64,000 bases of DNA from Hydrurus foetidus (Eukaryota): assembly GCA_900617105.1 (NCBI GenBank), contig UYFQ01000004.1:124001-188000 (forward strand), in the 5' to 3' direction. The notes beneath the pieces were generated by a model. That model did not search any database and was not told where the DNA came from. It saw only the letters and a program-made list of their open reading frames with translations. This document shows positions 42,001-51,779 of the stretch, in pieces (positions within the stretch are counted from its first letter, which is position 1; each line of letters opens with the position of its first letter). The translations under genes and the position numbers were made by a program.

Positions 42001-42692
42001 TCGATCATCACGGTGGAGCTGGACTCGACGATTTCCTGAATCGTCTTCATGCCAGCCCACACGCCCGAGAAGCGACTCATCGCAAAGGCGTGCAGGCCCA
42101 GGTCCAAAATCTCCTGCACATTGGCCGGGAAGAACACCGGCGTGCCGCAGGCCTTGAAGATGTGGTCGCTCTGGTGCGCAGCGGTGCTGCTCTTGGAGAT
42201 GTGGTCATCTCCCGCCACTGCGATCACGCCGCCCCAGGGCGTGGTGCCGGCCATGTTGGCGTGCTTGAACACGTCGGAGCAGCGGTCCACCCCCGGGCCC
42301 TTGCCGTACCAGATGCCAAACACGCCGTCGTACTTGTTGCTGCCAGGCGGGGCAAAGCCCAGCTGCTGTGTGCCCCACAGCGCGGTGGCGGCCAACTCTT
42401 CGTTGACGCCGGGCTGGAAGTGGATGTGGTGGGCCTTGAGGTATTTCTCGGCCTTGACCAGGGACTGGTCATAGGTGCCCAGCGGCGAGCCGCGGTAGCC
42501 GCTGATGAAGCCCGCCGTGTTCTTGCCCAGCGACAAGTCACGCACGCGCTGCAGCATGGGCAGTTTGACCAGGGCTTGCACCCCGCTCATGAAGGCGCGG
42601 CCGTAGTCCAGCGCGTATTTGTCGTCCAGGGTGACGGTTTCCAGCGCGGTGCGGAGTGACAAGGTCACGTCGCGGCTGAGGGGTGCATTCAT
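39033..42692 (-). CDS. Indolepyruvate:ferredoxin oxidoreductase family protein (fused subunits)
   Basis: SGYRGSPLG, FCSGCPHN, GDGTYFHSG TPP motif, CEGCGDC...CNKDFSC...CPSF ferredoxin motif, GVGGTGV. Confidence 0.93.
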   Translation of the reverse strand: MNAPLSRDVTLSLRTALETVTLDDKYALDYGRAFMSGVQALVKLPMLQRVRDLSLGKNTAGFISGYRGSPLGTYDQSLVKAEKYLKAHHIHFQPGVNEELAATALWGTQQLGFAPPGSNKYDGVFGIWYGKGPGVDRCSDVFKHANMAGTTPWGGVIAVAGDDHISKSSTAAHQSDHIFKACGTPVFFPANVQEILDLGLHAFAMSRFSGVWAGMKTIQEIVESSSTVMIDPDRVQIKIPTDFVIPPGGLHIRWPDHALEQEARLFDYKWYAALAYIRANRLNYNVIEGPNDRFGLIASGKAYNDTRQALLDLGLDDATCQRIGIRLHKVGVVWPLEAQLTREFATGLQEILVVEEKRQVIEYQLKEELYNWRPDVRPTVLGKFNEVDTGDQFGAGGEWSMPNPTANTLLRANADLNPAIIARAIAQRIKKLGLDADTTARIDAQMAILEAKERAMHVIELSGAKGADRQPWFCSGCPHNTSTKVPEGSRAMAGIGCHFMTIWMDRSTDGFTQMGGEGVPWVGQQPFTHDQHIFANLGDGTYFHSGLLAVRQSIAAGVNITYKILYNDAVAMTGGQQVGERPEGHSVVQIAQSMRAEGAIKIVVVTDEPEKYDDMKRERAPGALGLPEGVAIEHRDELDRIQREFREIKGTTVIIYDQTCATEKRRRRKRGTLVDPAKRVVINELVCEGCGDCGVQSNCMSVEPLETEFGRKRQINQSTCNKDFSCVKGFCPSFVTVEGGSLKKAAKPKAGEAKPASWPTLPEPLIPDVASTPGGVWGTIVAGVGGTGVITIGQLLGVAAHLEGKGIVTQDAGGLAQKGGATWSHVLIGADQNAIRTTRVGTASADLVLGCDPIVVAGKETLVRMRPGRTHVALNSNSAPTAAFVKNANWTNPGEQCVADIAKTVGEANVGVFDADAAATHLMGDSIYTNPMMLGFAWQKGWIPLGLASLMRAVELNAVAVANNKAAFEWGRRAAVDWPAVQRAINPGQVIAFTPRQHQSLDALVHKRVEFLTGYQNAAYAQSYADFVAKVRAAEVSAVGGDKQPLAEAVARYLFKLMAYKDEYEVARLHTDTAFRAKVEGMFEGDFKLAYHLAPPLLARKNDHGELQKMRFGSWMRVAFGLLAPLKVLRGTALDVFGYTDERREERALAGEYRQAVESLLPTLGASNRDAAVAFAKLPEQIRGFGHVKARHLQAARLQWTALLAQYQQAPAVKQTQAA
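40880..40930 (-). repeat. 51-bp dispersed motif, degenerate copy inside the oxidoreductase gene
   Basis: Reverse complement TGCAGATAGCCCAGAGCATGCGTGCGGAGGGTGCTATCAAAATCGTAGTGG. Confidence 0.55.
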
Positions 42693-42809
42693 AGTGCGTG
42701 TCTCCGTTATAGCTGCGTCAAAGTGTATGCCTGCAAGGCGGATATGTCTTTGCGTTCTTTGCCCTCATATGGGCTTTCAAAGAACGATTCTTTCTCGATA
42801 ATGGCGTTT

Positions 42810-43328
42810 ATGGAAACACTTGACCGATTTGACCTAGCCATCCTGAACGAACTGCAAAACGATGGCCGGCTCAGCAACGCCGAACTCGCTACCCGCGTGG
42901 GCCTGAGTGCGGCACCCTGCTGGCGCCGCGTGAAGGCGCTGGAGGACAGCGGCTTCATCACCGGCTACCGCGCCGAGATCAACCGCCACAAGATGGGCCT
43001 GGGCGTGCTGGCCTTTGTGCGGCTGGACGCCAACCGAAACAGCGGCGATGTGCTGCACGGGCTGGAAGAGGCGATCCGCCTGATCCCCGAGGTCATCAGT
43101 TGCCACTACATCAGCGGCACCGGCACCTTCGAGCTGCAGGTGGTGAGCCGCGACCTCAACACCTTCAGCCAGTTTGCGCGCGAGGTGCTCATCAACCTGC
43201 CCAATGTGAAAGACCTGCACACCAGCTTTTCGCTGGGCGAAGTGAAGGCCAGCAGCGCCCTGCCGCTGGGCCACCTGCAGCCCCAGCCCACCATCACCGC
43301 CCCCACCAAGCCCCGGAGCCGCCCATGA
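42810..43328 (+). CDS. Lrp/AsnC family regulator
   Basis: LDRFDLAILNELQNDGRLSNAELA..VGLSAAPCWRRVK; divergent from the oxidoreductase gene. Confidence 0.94.
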   Translation: METLDRFDLAILNELQNDGRLSNAELATRVGLSAAPCWRRVKALEDSGFITGYRAEINRHKMGLGVLAFVRLDANRNSGDVLHGLEEAIRLIPEVISCHYISGTGTFELQVVSRDLNTFSQFAREVLINLPNVKDLHTSFSLGEVKASSALPLGHLQPQPTITAPTKPRSRP

Positions 43329-43957
43329 ACCGCCGCCACGCCCTGTTTTATGCATCATTTTGGCCTCTAGCCCCCGTGGAATATGCGCAAGCAGCTCCTG
43401 ATTCGATAGCAAACCCGGCGCCGCTGCCGTTGCGCAATCTGCTGATCGAGGTGCGACAGGTGCAGTCCGACGACAGCCAGCGCAGCGGCGTGGAGCTGGG
43501 CAATCGGCCCGGGGTGCAGATGAACCAATCGCGCAACAGCGGCACCGCCACGCAGCAGGCGCTGGTGCTGAACGGCCGGCCCGTGCGCCTGGGCTTGCAA
43601 ACCACCACGCCCATCCGCCTGCTGCAGGGCTTTGTGCGCAATGGCCGTGTGGTAACCACCGTGGGCACGGTGCTGATTGAGGCCGGGACAGGTTTTAGCG
43701 CCACGCCGCGCTGGGACGGCGGCACGCTGGTGGAACTGGAGCTGGCAGCGCAGCAGGCCCTGCGTTCTGGGAATGCCATTGCCGGCGCCGTGGCCTCATC
43801 CAGCACCAGCAGTGTGTTGGCGCTGCCTCTGGATGAGTGGACGACGGTGGGTGAATCGGAGCAGAGCAGCCAGTCCAGCAACAGCGGCCTGACCGGCGCG
43901 CAACGGCAGAATGGGCAAACCCGCACCGAGGTGCAGGTACGGGTTACGTTGCGCTAG
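43325..43957 (+). CDS. Exported beta-rich hypothetical protein, weakly secretin-like
   Basis: ATGA overlap with the Lrp stop; NRR-led signal-like N-terminus; LLIEVRQ, QQALVLNG, GFSATPR. Confidence 0.6.
   Translation: MNRRHALFYASFWPLAPVEYAQAAPDSIANPAPLPLRNLLIEVRQVQSDDSQRSGVELGNRPGVQMNQSRNSGTATQQALVLNGRPVRLGLQTTTPIRLLQGFVRNGRVVTTVGTVLIEAGTGFSATPRWDGGTLVELELAAQQALRSGNAIAGAVASSSTSSVLALPLDEWTTVGESEQSSQSSNSGLTGAQRQNGQTRTEVQVRVTLR
43362..43412 (+). repeat. 51-bp dispersed motif, copy inside the 43325 gene
   Basis: GGCCTCTAGCCCCCGTGGAATATGCGCAAGCAGCTCCTGATTCGATAGCAA. Confidence 0.9.
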
Positions 43958-45365
43958 CGATCCACTGCGCTTGGTAGGCGGACAGGCCCGCCACTTGCGC
44001 GGCTTGCACGGACGCCAATGCGGAAGTTGTCGGGGCGCCCCAACGCGACAGCAGCCAAGCACCGCGCGCCGTGCCTTCCATCGCATCGTGGCTGGCCAGG
44101 CAGCGCGTTTGCGGCAGCAGGGCTTGCAGTAACGCCATGTACAACGGGTTCTGCGCAAGCGGGCCTTCCAGCACCACAGTGCGCGGCAAATCCACACCCG
44201 CCCACAGCCGGTCCACCAGCCAGGCGGTGGTCAGCGCGCAGTACAGCGCGGCCAGTGCGGCGCGCTGACCAGGCGGCAAAGCCTCCGAAAGAGGCTGACC
44301 ACCACGCACGATCTGCCCCTGGCGCCCCATGAAGGGGCCGCCGTGTTCAGCGAACGCGGGCGTGGCCAGCGTGGCGGAATCCACCAGCGCCTGCACATCG
44401 GCCAGCGTGCTCGCATCGGGCGCTGCGCCGTCCAGCAGCGCCGCAAACTCCCGCCCGCCCATGAAGCGGGCCGTGGGTGTGGCGCGGCCCAGCACATCCA
44501 CATTGGCCAGCATGTCGCGCTCGGCCTGCAGGCTGGCGGTGGGTGCGCCGGGCGCCATCAGCACGGTCCAGGTGCCGGAGGACACCACGGTCAAAGCGGA
44601 TGACGCAGCCACCGACGCATCCAGGTAACGCGCCAGGCAGGCATTGCTGTCGTGCACGCCCACATGCACCTGGCAGTGCGCAGGCAGGCCCCAGGCCTCG
44701 GCAATATCAGGGCGCACGGTGCCCAGCACCTCCCAGGCGGAGCGCAGGGGCGCAAACAGCGCGGCCCAGCCCTTGGCTTGTGCCAGCGCGGAGAAACCGC
44801 CGCCCTGCGGGCGCCACAAGTGCGTATGGCAGCCCAGCGACGAGACCTCGCTGGCCCGTTCTCCACACAGACGCCAGGCCCAGTACTGCGCATAGGGCAG
44901 CAGGCAGCGCGTGCGCCGCCAGGCCTCGGGGTGCAGGTTTTGCACATAGCAAAGTTGGCGTGCGGCGTTCAGGCCCGCAGGCAGGTCGGGCGACAGGGTC
45001 TGCGCAAAGCCATCGGCCGCAGTGTCAAACGCCTTGGCGAGCAAGGGGTGCTGCGCCAGGCCGTCAAATTCATAGTCCACCGGGGCCCAGGCCAGGCCCT
45101 CGTCGCCCAGCGCCACCAGCGCGGCACCGTGGGTGGAGGCAATGGCGCGGCGGCAGCGTGCGGTGTGGGTCGATGCGCGCAGGGTCTGCGCCATCCAGGC
45201 TTCCAGCCCGTGGACATCCAGCGCCGGGTAGCCCAGAGGCGACGGCACGCTGGCGTTGTCGCGGCCATGGCGCTCCACCACCGCGCCCAGCGCGTCCACC
45301 ATCAGCAGCTTGGCGTGGCTCTTGCCGATGTCGATCACCAGCGTCAGTTCGTCGTGCACCGTCAC
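43944..45365 (-). CDS. rhaK: FGGY family sugar kinase (rhamnose pathway)
   Basis: VIDIGKSHAK, SSLGCHTHLW, GVHDSNA, SSGTW, RFMGGREF; last gene of the rha operon; start uncertain. Confidence 0.85.
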   Translation of the reverse strand: MTVHDELTLVIDIGKSHAKLLMVDALGAVVERHGRDNASVPSPLGYPALDVHGLEAWMAQTLRASTHTARCRRAIASTHGAALVALGDEGLAWAPVDYEFDGLAQHPLLAKAFDTAADGFAQTLSPDLPAGLNAARQLCYVQNLHPEAWRRTRCLLPYAQYWAWRLCGERASEVSSLGCHTHLWRPQGGGFSALAQAKGWAALFAPLRSAWEVLGTVRPDIAEAWGLPAHCQVHVGVHDSNACLARYLDASVAASSALTVVSSGTWTVLMAPGAPTASLQAERDMLANVDVLGRATPTARFMGGREFAALLDGAAPDASTLADVQALVDSATLATPAFAEHGGPFMGRQGQIVRGGQPLSEALPPGQRAALAALYCALTTAWLVDRLWAGVDLPRTVVLEGPLAQNPLYMALLQALLPQTRCLASHDAMEGTARGAWLLSRWGAPTTSALASVQAAQVAGLSAYQAQWIASAT

Positions 45366-45369
45366 GCCC

Positions 45370-45702
45370 TCACTCCAGATGAAACAGGCAGGGCAGCGGC
45401 TCAGCTGCCGGGGAACCATCGGGGTTGGCACGCATGATGTCGGCCATGTAGGCCCACCAGCGCTGCATCACCGAATGCTCCGGCAGCGCGTCCATCGTGT
45501 GGCTTTTCAAACGGCGCAGAACGGCAAACAGCACGTGGTGCTCTTCGTCCAGGTAGATGCTGTAGTCGCTAACGCCTGCTTGCTTGAGCAAGGCGGAAAG
45601 CTCAGGCCAGATCTCGTCGTGGCGTTTCTTGTATTCCGCCACGCAGCCTGGATTCAGAAACATGCGAAACGCATATTTCTCCGTAGACGCCATGGCACTC
45701 AT
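45370..45702 (-). CDS. rhaM: L-rhamnose mutarotase
   Basis: [32 protein letters not shown]. Confidence 0.93.
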   Translation of the reverse strand: MSAMASTEKYAFRMFLNPGCVAEYKKRHDEIWPELSALLKQAGVSDYSIYLDEEHHVLFAVLRRLKSHTMDALPEHSVMQRWWAYMADIMRANPDGSPAAEPLPCLFHLE

Positions 45703-46661
45703 GCGTGGGCTCCCTGGCGCTTGAGCAAGCGCGGCAAGACCATGGAGACGATCAGCAAGACGCCAATGACCATGGACATTACGATGCCGGTCACGTTGGC
45801 CATGCCCATGGCAAACGTAAACAGGCCCAGCAGCAGCACGGCCAGCATGGTCCCCACAATGCTGCCTCGCCCGCCTTCAATCGCCACGCCGCCCAGAATC
45901 ACCATGGTGATGGCGTCGAGCTCCCAACCCATCGCGATGTTGGGGCGCGTGCTGCCAATGCGGCCGGTCAGCATCACTGCCGCCAGCGCGGCCATCAGAC
46001 CCGCAAACACAAACAGGGCGAGTCGATAGCGGTCTGCCTCGATGCCCGAGAAGCGCGCGGCTACGGGGTTGGCACCGATGGCATACAGGCGGCGGCCCAG
46101 CACGGTACGGTGCAGCGTCACGCCCACCACGATGGCAGCGACCAGCAGGATGGCAAATTCAATTGGGATGATGAGCCAGCGCACGCCGACCACCTCGCCC
46201 ACATAGCTATTACCCAGCGTAGAGAACACCTCGGGGTAACCCGAGATGGCCTGGTCGCCCAGCGCCACCATGGCCAGGCCGCGGTACAGCGACAGCGTGC
46301 CAATGGTCACCACGATGGAGGGCAGCTTGTAGCGCGTGACCAGCACACCATTCACAGCACCCGCCACACCGCCAGTCACAAACGCCGCCAGCGTCATGCC
46401 CAGCGGGCCCGCACCGGCCTTCATCGCGTAGCCCATGGCCAGCGAACTGAGGGCCAGGATGGCGGCAATCGACAAATCGATCTCGCCGGTGATGATGAGC
46501 AAGGCCAGCGCCAGCGCAAGGATGCCTTTCTCGCTGAAGTTGAAGGTGCTGTCGGCCAGCGCATCGGGCGTCATGAAGCCCGGCTGAGCAAACCCGAACA
46601 CCACCAGCAGCAAAACCAGCAGGGCCAGTAGCACCCGCTCCCATGTGTTCCAGGCCTTCAT
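45699..46661 (-). CDS. rhaQ: Rhamnose ABC transporter permease
   Basis: [36 protein letters not shown]...GGRGS. Confidence 0.85.
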   Translation of the reverse strand: MKAWNTWERVLLALLVLLLVVFGFAQPGFMTPDALADSTFNFSEKGILALALALLIITGEIDLSIAAILALSSLAMGYAMKAGAGPLGMTLAAFVTGGVAGAVNGVLVTRYKLPSIVVTIGTLSLYRGLAMVALGDQAISGYPEVFSTLGNSYVGEVVGVRWLIIPIEFAILLVAAIVVGVTLHRTVLGRRLYAIGANPVAARFSGIEADRYRLALFVFAGLMAALAAVMLTGRIGSTRPNIAMGWELDAITMVILGGVAIEGGRGSIVGTMLAVLLLGLFTFAMGMANVTGIVMSMVIGVLLIVSMVLPRLLKRQGAHA

Positions 46662-47641
46662 GCTGCGGCTCCTTTGTGTTCCAGAATCTGGCGCCCTGCG
46701 CGCCGCTCTGCACGGGCATTCACCGTCACCGAAATCAAAATCACGGCACCGGCAATCGCCTGCTGCCAAAACGGCGAGACCTGGATCACCGGCAATGCGC
46801 CGTTGACCACGCCAATGAACAGCACGCCAAGCGCCGCACCGAGCACAGAACCAACACCGCCGCCAATGCTCACGCCGCCGATCACGCAGGCCGCCACCAC
46901 CGTCAGCTCGTAGCCCGCGGCCAGCTCGGTGTAGGCAATGGAGTAGCGCCCCACCCACAGCAAGCCCGCCAATCCGGCCAGCATGCCCGACAGCGTGTAG
47001 ACCATCATCAGCCGCTTGTTGGCGGAGATTCCCACATAGGCCGCCGCATGCGGGTTGCCGCCCAGCGCATAGATCTCGCGACCTTCGCGGCGCAACTTCA
47101 GGAACACCGCGGTCAAGGCCAACACCACCATGGCAAACCACACGAGTGCAGGCAAGCCCAGCCAGACTTCACGCGGCAGCCCTTTGATGACGGCATGAAT
47201 GTCCTGGTCTGACACCCAGGCGCCCTTGCTGGCCACAAAAATGGCGCCGCGGTAGGCCGACAAGGTGCCCAGCGTCACCACAATCGGTGGCAACTCAAAA
47301 CGGGTGATCAACCAGCCGTTGATGGCCCCCAGAAAGGCGCCCACACCCAGGGCTATGACCAGCAGCGCCGGCACCGAGGCACCGGGCCAGGCCTTGCCAA
47401 TCAATGCACAGACCATGCCGGTGAGCGCCAGGTTAGAGGCCACCGACAAGTCAATGCCGCGGGTCAGCAGCACCAGCATTTGCCCCATCACCAGGATGGC
47501 GAGGATGGCCGAGTCGTTGGCAATGTCCATGCCGTTGCGCCAGGTCAGGAACACCGGCGCACGGGCGCCCACGGCCAGTGCAATGGCGACGATGATGGCC
47601 AAGAGCAGCCATTCGCGTCGAATCAATTTGAAGGGTTTCAT
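46658..47641 (-). CDS. rhaP: Rhamnose ABC transporter permease
   Basis: TRGIDLSV, PPIVVTLGT, GYELTVVAACVIGGVS. Confidence 0.85.
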   Translation of the reverse strand: MKPFKLIRREWLLLAIIVAIALAVGARAPVFLTWRNGMDIANDSAILAILVMGQMLVLLTRGIDLSVASNLALTGMVCALIGKAWPGASVPALLVIALGVGAFLGAINGWLITRFELPPIVVTLGTLSAYRGAIFVASKGAWVSDQDIHAVIKGLPREVWLGLPALVWFAMVVLALTAVFLKLRREGREIYALGGNPHAAAYVGISANKRLMMVYTLSGMLAGLAGLLWVGRYSIAYTELAAGYELTVVAACVIGGVSIGGGVGSVLGAALGVLFIGVVNGALPVIQVSPFWQQAIAGAVILISVTVNARAERRAGRQILEHKGAAA

Positions 47642-49158
47642 GCGGCAAGCTCCTTCGGCGCGGCGGCCAGACCCGAGGCCGCGGCCACAATGTGTTCTGC
47701 GTGCCCAGCTTTGTCAGGGGCCCGTTCAAATTCCGCCACCTGCACGCCACGGCGCATCACGATGGTGCGATGCGCCAGGTGCATGACTTCGGGCAGTTCG
47801 CTGGACACCAGAATTACCGCCAGGCCTTGTTCCACCATCTCGGCAATCAACTGGTACACGGCCTGCTTCGCCCCCACGTCGATACCCTTCGTGGGCTCGT
47901 CCAGGATCACGATGCGCGGGTCCAGCCCCAGCCATTTGGCGATCACCACCTTCTGCTGGTTGCCACCCGACAGGCCCGAGAGCAGGGTGTCCGGCGACTG
48001 GGTCTTGATGTGCAGACGCGCGATCATGCGCTGACACAGGGCCGACTCGCGCACCTTGGACAACCACACGCCGCGTGCAAAGCGGGACAGGCCCGCTAGG
48101 CTGATGTTGTGCTCCACCGAGAAACCCAGAATGCCGCCCTGGCGCTGCCGCTCTTCGGGCACATAGGCAATGCCGGCGGCAATGGCGTCACCGGGGCGGC
48201 GCGCGTGCAGCGTCTGGCCACACACCACAAACTCGCCACGCGCTTCGGGATTCAACCCCATGATGGCCAGCATGGCCTCGCTGCGACCCGAGCCCACCAG
48301 GCCGTAGAAGCCCAAAATTTCGCCACGGCGCAGCTCAAAAGACACGTTGTTGAATTCGGTGGGGTGCGACAGGTTCTTCACCGTCATCACCACCTCGCCG
48401 GGGGTGGAGGCGATATGCGGGTAGATCTGGTCAATGGCACGCCCGGCCATGAGCTTGACCAGCTCCTGCTCAGTGGCATCGGCAATCGCGCCGCTGCCCA
48501 CGGCAGCACCGTCACGCAGCACCACATAGCGGTCGGCCACCGCAAAAATTTCGTCAAACTTGTGGGTGATGAAAATCACGCCCACGCCCTGGTCGCGCAG
48601 CTGGCGCACGATGCCATAAAAGTCGCGGATTTCGGCCTGCGACAGGGCGGCGGTGGGCTCATCCAGAATGACCACCAGCGCCTTTTGCGACAACGCCCGG
48701 GCAATCTCCACCAGGTGCCGCTCGGCCAGGCTCAGGTCTTTGACCAGCGTGATGGCCTTGAAGCGCGCACCGATCTGGTCCAACACCACCTGGGCCTGCG
48801 TGTTCATCGCAGACCAATCAATAAAGGGGCCGCGCATCAGGTGGCGCCCCATATAAATATTCTCGGCCACGCTGAGTTCTTCGAACATCACCGTTTCCTG
48901 GTGCACGGCCAGGATGCCTGCAGCCTGCGAGGCCTGTGCATTGGCAAAGGTCTGCACGACCCCGCGCAGCGTGATCACGCCTTCGTCCACCGGCACCACG
49001 CCGGTGAGCATCTTGACCAGCGTGGACTTGCCCGCGCCGTTCTCGCCCACCAGGGCCAGCACTTCTCCGGCCCGCAAATCCAGGTCCACCCCGCGCAGCG
49101 CATGGGTTGCGCCATAGCGCTTGTGGATGGTCCGCAGACTCAGCAATACATCAGACAT
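47638..49158 (-). CDS. rhaT: Rhamnose ABC transporter ATP-binding protein (two ABC domains)
   Basis: GENGAGKST, ILDEPTAAL, LSGGNQQKV, LDEPTKGIDVG. Confidence 0.9.
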   Translation of the reverse strand: MSDVLLSLRTIHKRYGATHALRGVDLDLRAGEVLALVGENGAGKSTLVKMLTGVVPVDEGVITLRGVVQTFANAQASQAAGILAVHQETVMFEELSVAENIYMGRHLMRGPFIDWSAMNTQAQVVLDQIGARFKAITLVKDLSLAERHLVEIARALSQKALVVILDEPTAALSQAEIRDFYGIVRQLRDQGVGVIFITHKFDEIFAVADRYVVLRDGAAVGSGAIADATEQELVKLMAGRAIDQIYPHIASTPGEVVMTVKNLSHPTEFNNVSFELRRGEILGFYGLVGSGRSEAMLAIMGLNPEARGEFVVCGQTLHARRPGDAIAAGIAYVPEERQRQGGILGFSVEHNISLAGLSRFARGVWLSKVRESALCQRMIARLHIKTQSPDTLLSGLSGGNQQKVVIAKWLGLDPRIVILDEPTKGIDVGAKQAVYQLIAEMVEQGLAVILVSSELPEVMHLAHRTIVMRRGVQVAEFERAPDKAGHAEHIVAAASGLAAAPKELAA

Positions 49159-49280
49159 GATGAGAATCCAACATTCCAAAAAAAAGGGCATCTACCCGAG
49201 AGCGATGCCCCACGAACTTGCCAGTTCAACTACTCCGTCGGCCGGAGCGCTCCCTCACCAGAAACACCGCAGAACCGGCT

Positions 49281-49349
49281 CCGCCGGGCTGCTGGTGTTG
49301 CCCCCTGCAAGGGGGGAGGCGAAAGTGCGCAGCACTGCAGCCACGGGGG
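49281..49349. repeat. GC-rich palindromic REP-like element inside the rha operon
   Basis: CCGCCGGGCTGC...GCCCCCTGCAAGGGGGG...AGTGCGCAGCACT...GGGGG; resembles 23101-23175. Confidence 0.55.
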
Positions 49350-49351
49350 TG

Positions 49352-50344
49352 TTAGAAGAATTTTGCGAACTTCTCGACGTTGGAGGCATCGTACGTGAAA
49401 GGCTCAGACATGGCGGCTTCGCCATTGGCATCCAGGGTCACGGTACCCACACGGCCCAGAGACACCTTGTCGCCCGCCTTGCCGGTGACCTTGCCAGAGA
49501 TGAACTGGCTGGCCGCCATGATGGAGGAGTAGCCCAGGTCAATAGGGTTCCAGATCGCGAAGGACTTGACGGCGCCGCTCTTCACATGGCCGGCCATTTC
49601 GGAAGGCAGACCCAAACCGGTCACGAAGATTTTGCCAACCATCTTTTCATCCTGCACAGCCTTGGCAGCGGCAGCCACACCCACGGTGGTGGGCGCAATG
49701 ATGGCCTTCAGGTTGGGGTAGCTCTTGAACAGGCCTTGGGCTTCGCGGTAGCTCTTGTCGGTCTGGTCATCACCGTAGACCACGCTGACCAGCTTCAGGC
49801 CCTGGTAGGCGGGCTGGGCCAGCACCTTCTTGGCTTCTTCGATCCAGATGTTCTGGTTGGTGGCTTGTGCAGTCGCGGACAGCACGGCCACTTCTCCGGT
49901 GGCGCCGATGGCGTCTGCCGTCATCTTCACCAGCTTTTCGCCGATCAGCGGATTGCTGGAGGGGTTCAGGTGCATCATGCGGCCGTCTTTGCGCACGCCG
50001 GAGTCAAACGAGATGACCTTGATGCCACGGTCCATGGCGCGCTTGAGCACGGGGGCCAATGCGTCGGGGTCGTTAGCGGAGATCACGATGGCGGATACCT
50101 TTTGCGCGATCAGCGAGTTCACGATTTCGATCTGACCTTCGGCAGTCGCCTTGGCGGGGCCGGTGTAAATGATCTCGACGTTCTTGAGCTCTTTGGCGGC
50201 TTCTTGCGCGCCTTGGTTGGCGGCGTCAAAGAAGCCGTTGCCCAAACTCTTCACCACCAGGGCGATTTTGTCGGCGGCAAAAGCGGGGCTGACCAGAGCC
50301 GCGCTCAAGGCGATGGTCAGCAGGGTTTTGAGTTGTTTCTTCAT
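49352..50344 (-). CDS. rhaS: Rhamnose ABC transporter substrate-binding protein
   Basis: Signal peptide; VKSLGNGFF, ATNQNIWI, TGLGLPSEM, IWNPIDLGY (Rhizobium-style name, not the E. coli AraC regulator). Confidence 0.9.
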   Translation of the reverse strand: MKKQLKTLLTIALSAALVSPAFAADKIALVVKSLGNGFFDAANQGAQEAAKELKNVEIIYTGPAKATAEGQIEIVNSLIAQKVSAIVISANDPDALAPVLKRAMDRGIKVISFDSGVRKDGRMMHLNPSSNPLIGEKLVKMTADAIGATGEVAVLSATAQATNQNIWIEEAKKVLAQPAYQGLKLVSVVYGDDQTDKSYREAQGLFKSYPNLKAIIAPTTVGVAAAAKAVQDEKMVGKIFVTGLGLPSEMAGHVKSGAVKSFAIWNPIDLGYSSIMAASQFISGKVTGKAGDKVSLGRVGTVTLDANGEAAMSEPFTYDASNVEKFAKFF

Positions 50345-50473
50345 GCGTGTCTCCTGGAATTGTTAGTAGAAAAATTTGACCCGAAGGCCGGTCTCGATAC
50401 CGACTGCACACACCAGGACTTGGTGGTGTGAACCGGGTTCGATGGGGTAGCGCACATGCCCATGCAGGTGCGC

Positions 50474-51763
50474 TTAAACAATGCCGCCGCTGCCACCCAC
50501 CACTGCTGGGCGGTCCTTGGCAACCTGCTGTCGATAGCCGCTGGCGCGGTAGGCGCCCACAGGGTCGATGGCGCCGCCGGCCTCCAGACGCACGCGCTGC
50601 AGGATGGGGCTGACGTCGGTCTCGAAGCCGCGTTTGAGGGCGCGGGTGGCCATCAGCGCATCGTTAGCCGTTTGGGCCGCATCCAGTTCGGCGCGGTCCA
50701 CGATCAGGGCCTGGGCATAGCTGCGTTGCACCTGCGCAGCGCTGGTCATCAGGCTCTCGATCGGGTCGGTCACGTTGTGGCTTTGGTCCAGCATGTAGGC
50801 GGGGTCAAAACCGGCCACGTTTTCATGGGCGGCCGAGACCAGTTCGTTGAACACCAGGAACAGGCGGTACGGGGCGACGCTACCGGCATCCAGATCATCG
50901 TCACCGTACTTGCTGTCATTGAAGTGGAAACCGGCCAGCTTGCCGGCGGCAATGAGGCGGGCCACGATCATTTCGATATTCACGTTCGGCGCGTGGTGGC
51001 CCAGGTCCACCAGGCACTGCGCCTTGACGCCCAGCGCGCTGGCGGCAAGGTAGCTGGAGCCCCAATCCTGAATCACGGTGCTGTAAAAAGCCGGCTCACA
51101 AATCTTGTGTTCCAGAAACATGCGCCAGTCATCGGGCAGCGCGGCATAGATCTGCCGTGCGCTTTCCAGATAACGGTCAAAAGCGCGGCGGAAGTGCTGC
51201 TGGCCGGGGAAATTGCTGCCATCGCCTACCCACACGGTGAGCGCCTTGCTGCCGAGTTGCTTGCCGATTTCAATGCATTCGATGTTGTGCGCCACGGCCT
51301 GGGCACGGGTGGCGGCATCGGCATGCGTGAGGCTGCCAAACTTGTAGCTGTGGTCCTGGTCCTTCTGGTCGGAGAAGGTGTTGGAGTTCATGGCATCAAA
51401 GCCCAGGCCATAGCCTCGGGCTTGCTCGCGCAGGGCGTTCCAATCGCTGGTCTTGTCCCATGGAATATGCAGGGACACGGTGGGCGTGGCACGCGCCAGC
51501 TGCTGGATGACGCCGCAGTCCTGCAGCTTGTCGAACACATGGCGCGGTTCGCCCAGGCCCGGGAAACGGGCAAAGCGGGTACCACCGGTGCCCACGCCCC
51601 AGCTGGGAATGGCCACACCAAACTTCGCCACTTGGTGCTTGATGGCGTCGATGTCGATATTGCGGCGCGCCAGCTGCTCGCCTAGATACTCGTAGTCGGT
51701 ATCGGCGTGGCGCTTCTGGGTGGCGTTATGGGCCTGGATCTGGTCTTGGGAGATAACGGACAT
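50474..51763 (-). CDS. rhaI: L-rhamnose isomerase (RhaI type)
   Basis: PSWGVGTGGTRFARF, LHIPWD, MNSNTF, DLGHH, HFNDSKYGDDDL, DQSHN. Confidence 0.94.
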   Translation of the reverse strand: MSVISQDQIQAHNATQKRHADTDYEYLGEQLARRNIDIDAIKHQVAKFGVAIPSWGVGTGGTRFARFPGLGEPRHVFDKLQDCGVIQQLARATPTVSLHIPWDKTSDWNALREQARGYGLGFDAMNSNTFSDQKDQDHSYKFGSLTHADAATRAQAVAHNIECIEIGKQLGSKALTVWVGDGSNFPGQQHFRRAFDRYLESARQIYAALPDDWRMFLEHKICEPAFYSTVIQDWGSSYLAASALGVKAQCLVDLGHHAPNVNIEMIVARLIAAGKLAGFHFNDSKYGDDDLDAGSVAPYRLFLVFNELVSAAHENVAGFDPAYMLDQSHNVTDPIESLMTSAAQVQRSYAQALIVDRAELDAAQTANDALMATRALKRGFETDVSPILQRVRLEAGGAIDPVGAYRASGYRQQVAKDRPAVVGGSGGIV

Positions 51764-51779
51764 GGCGTTCTTCTAAAAA

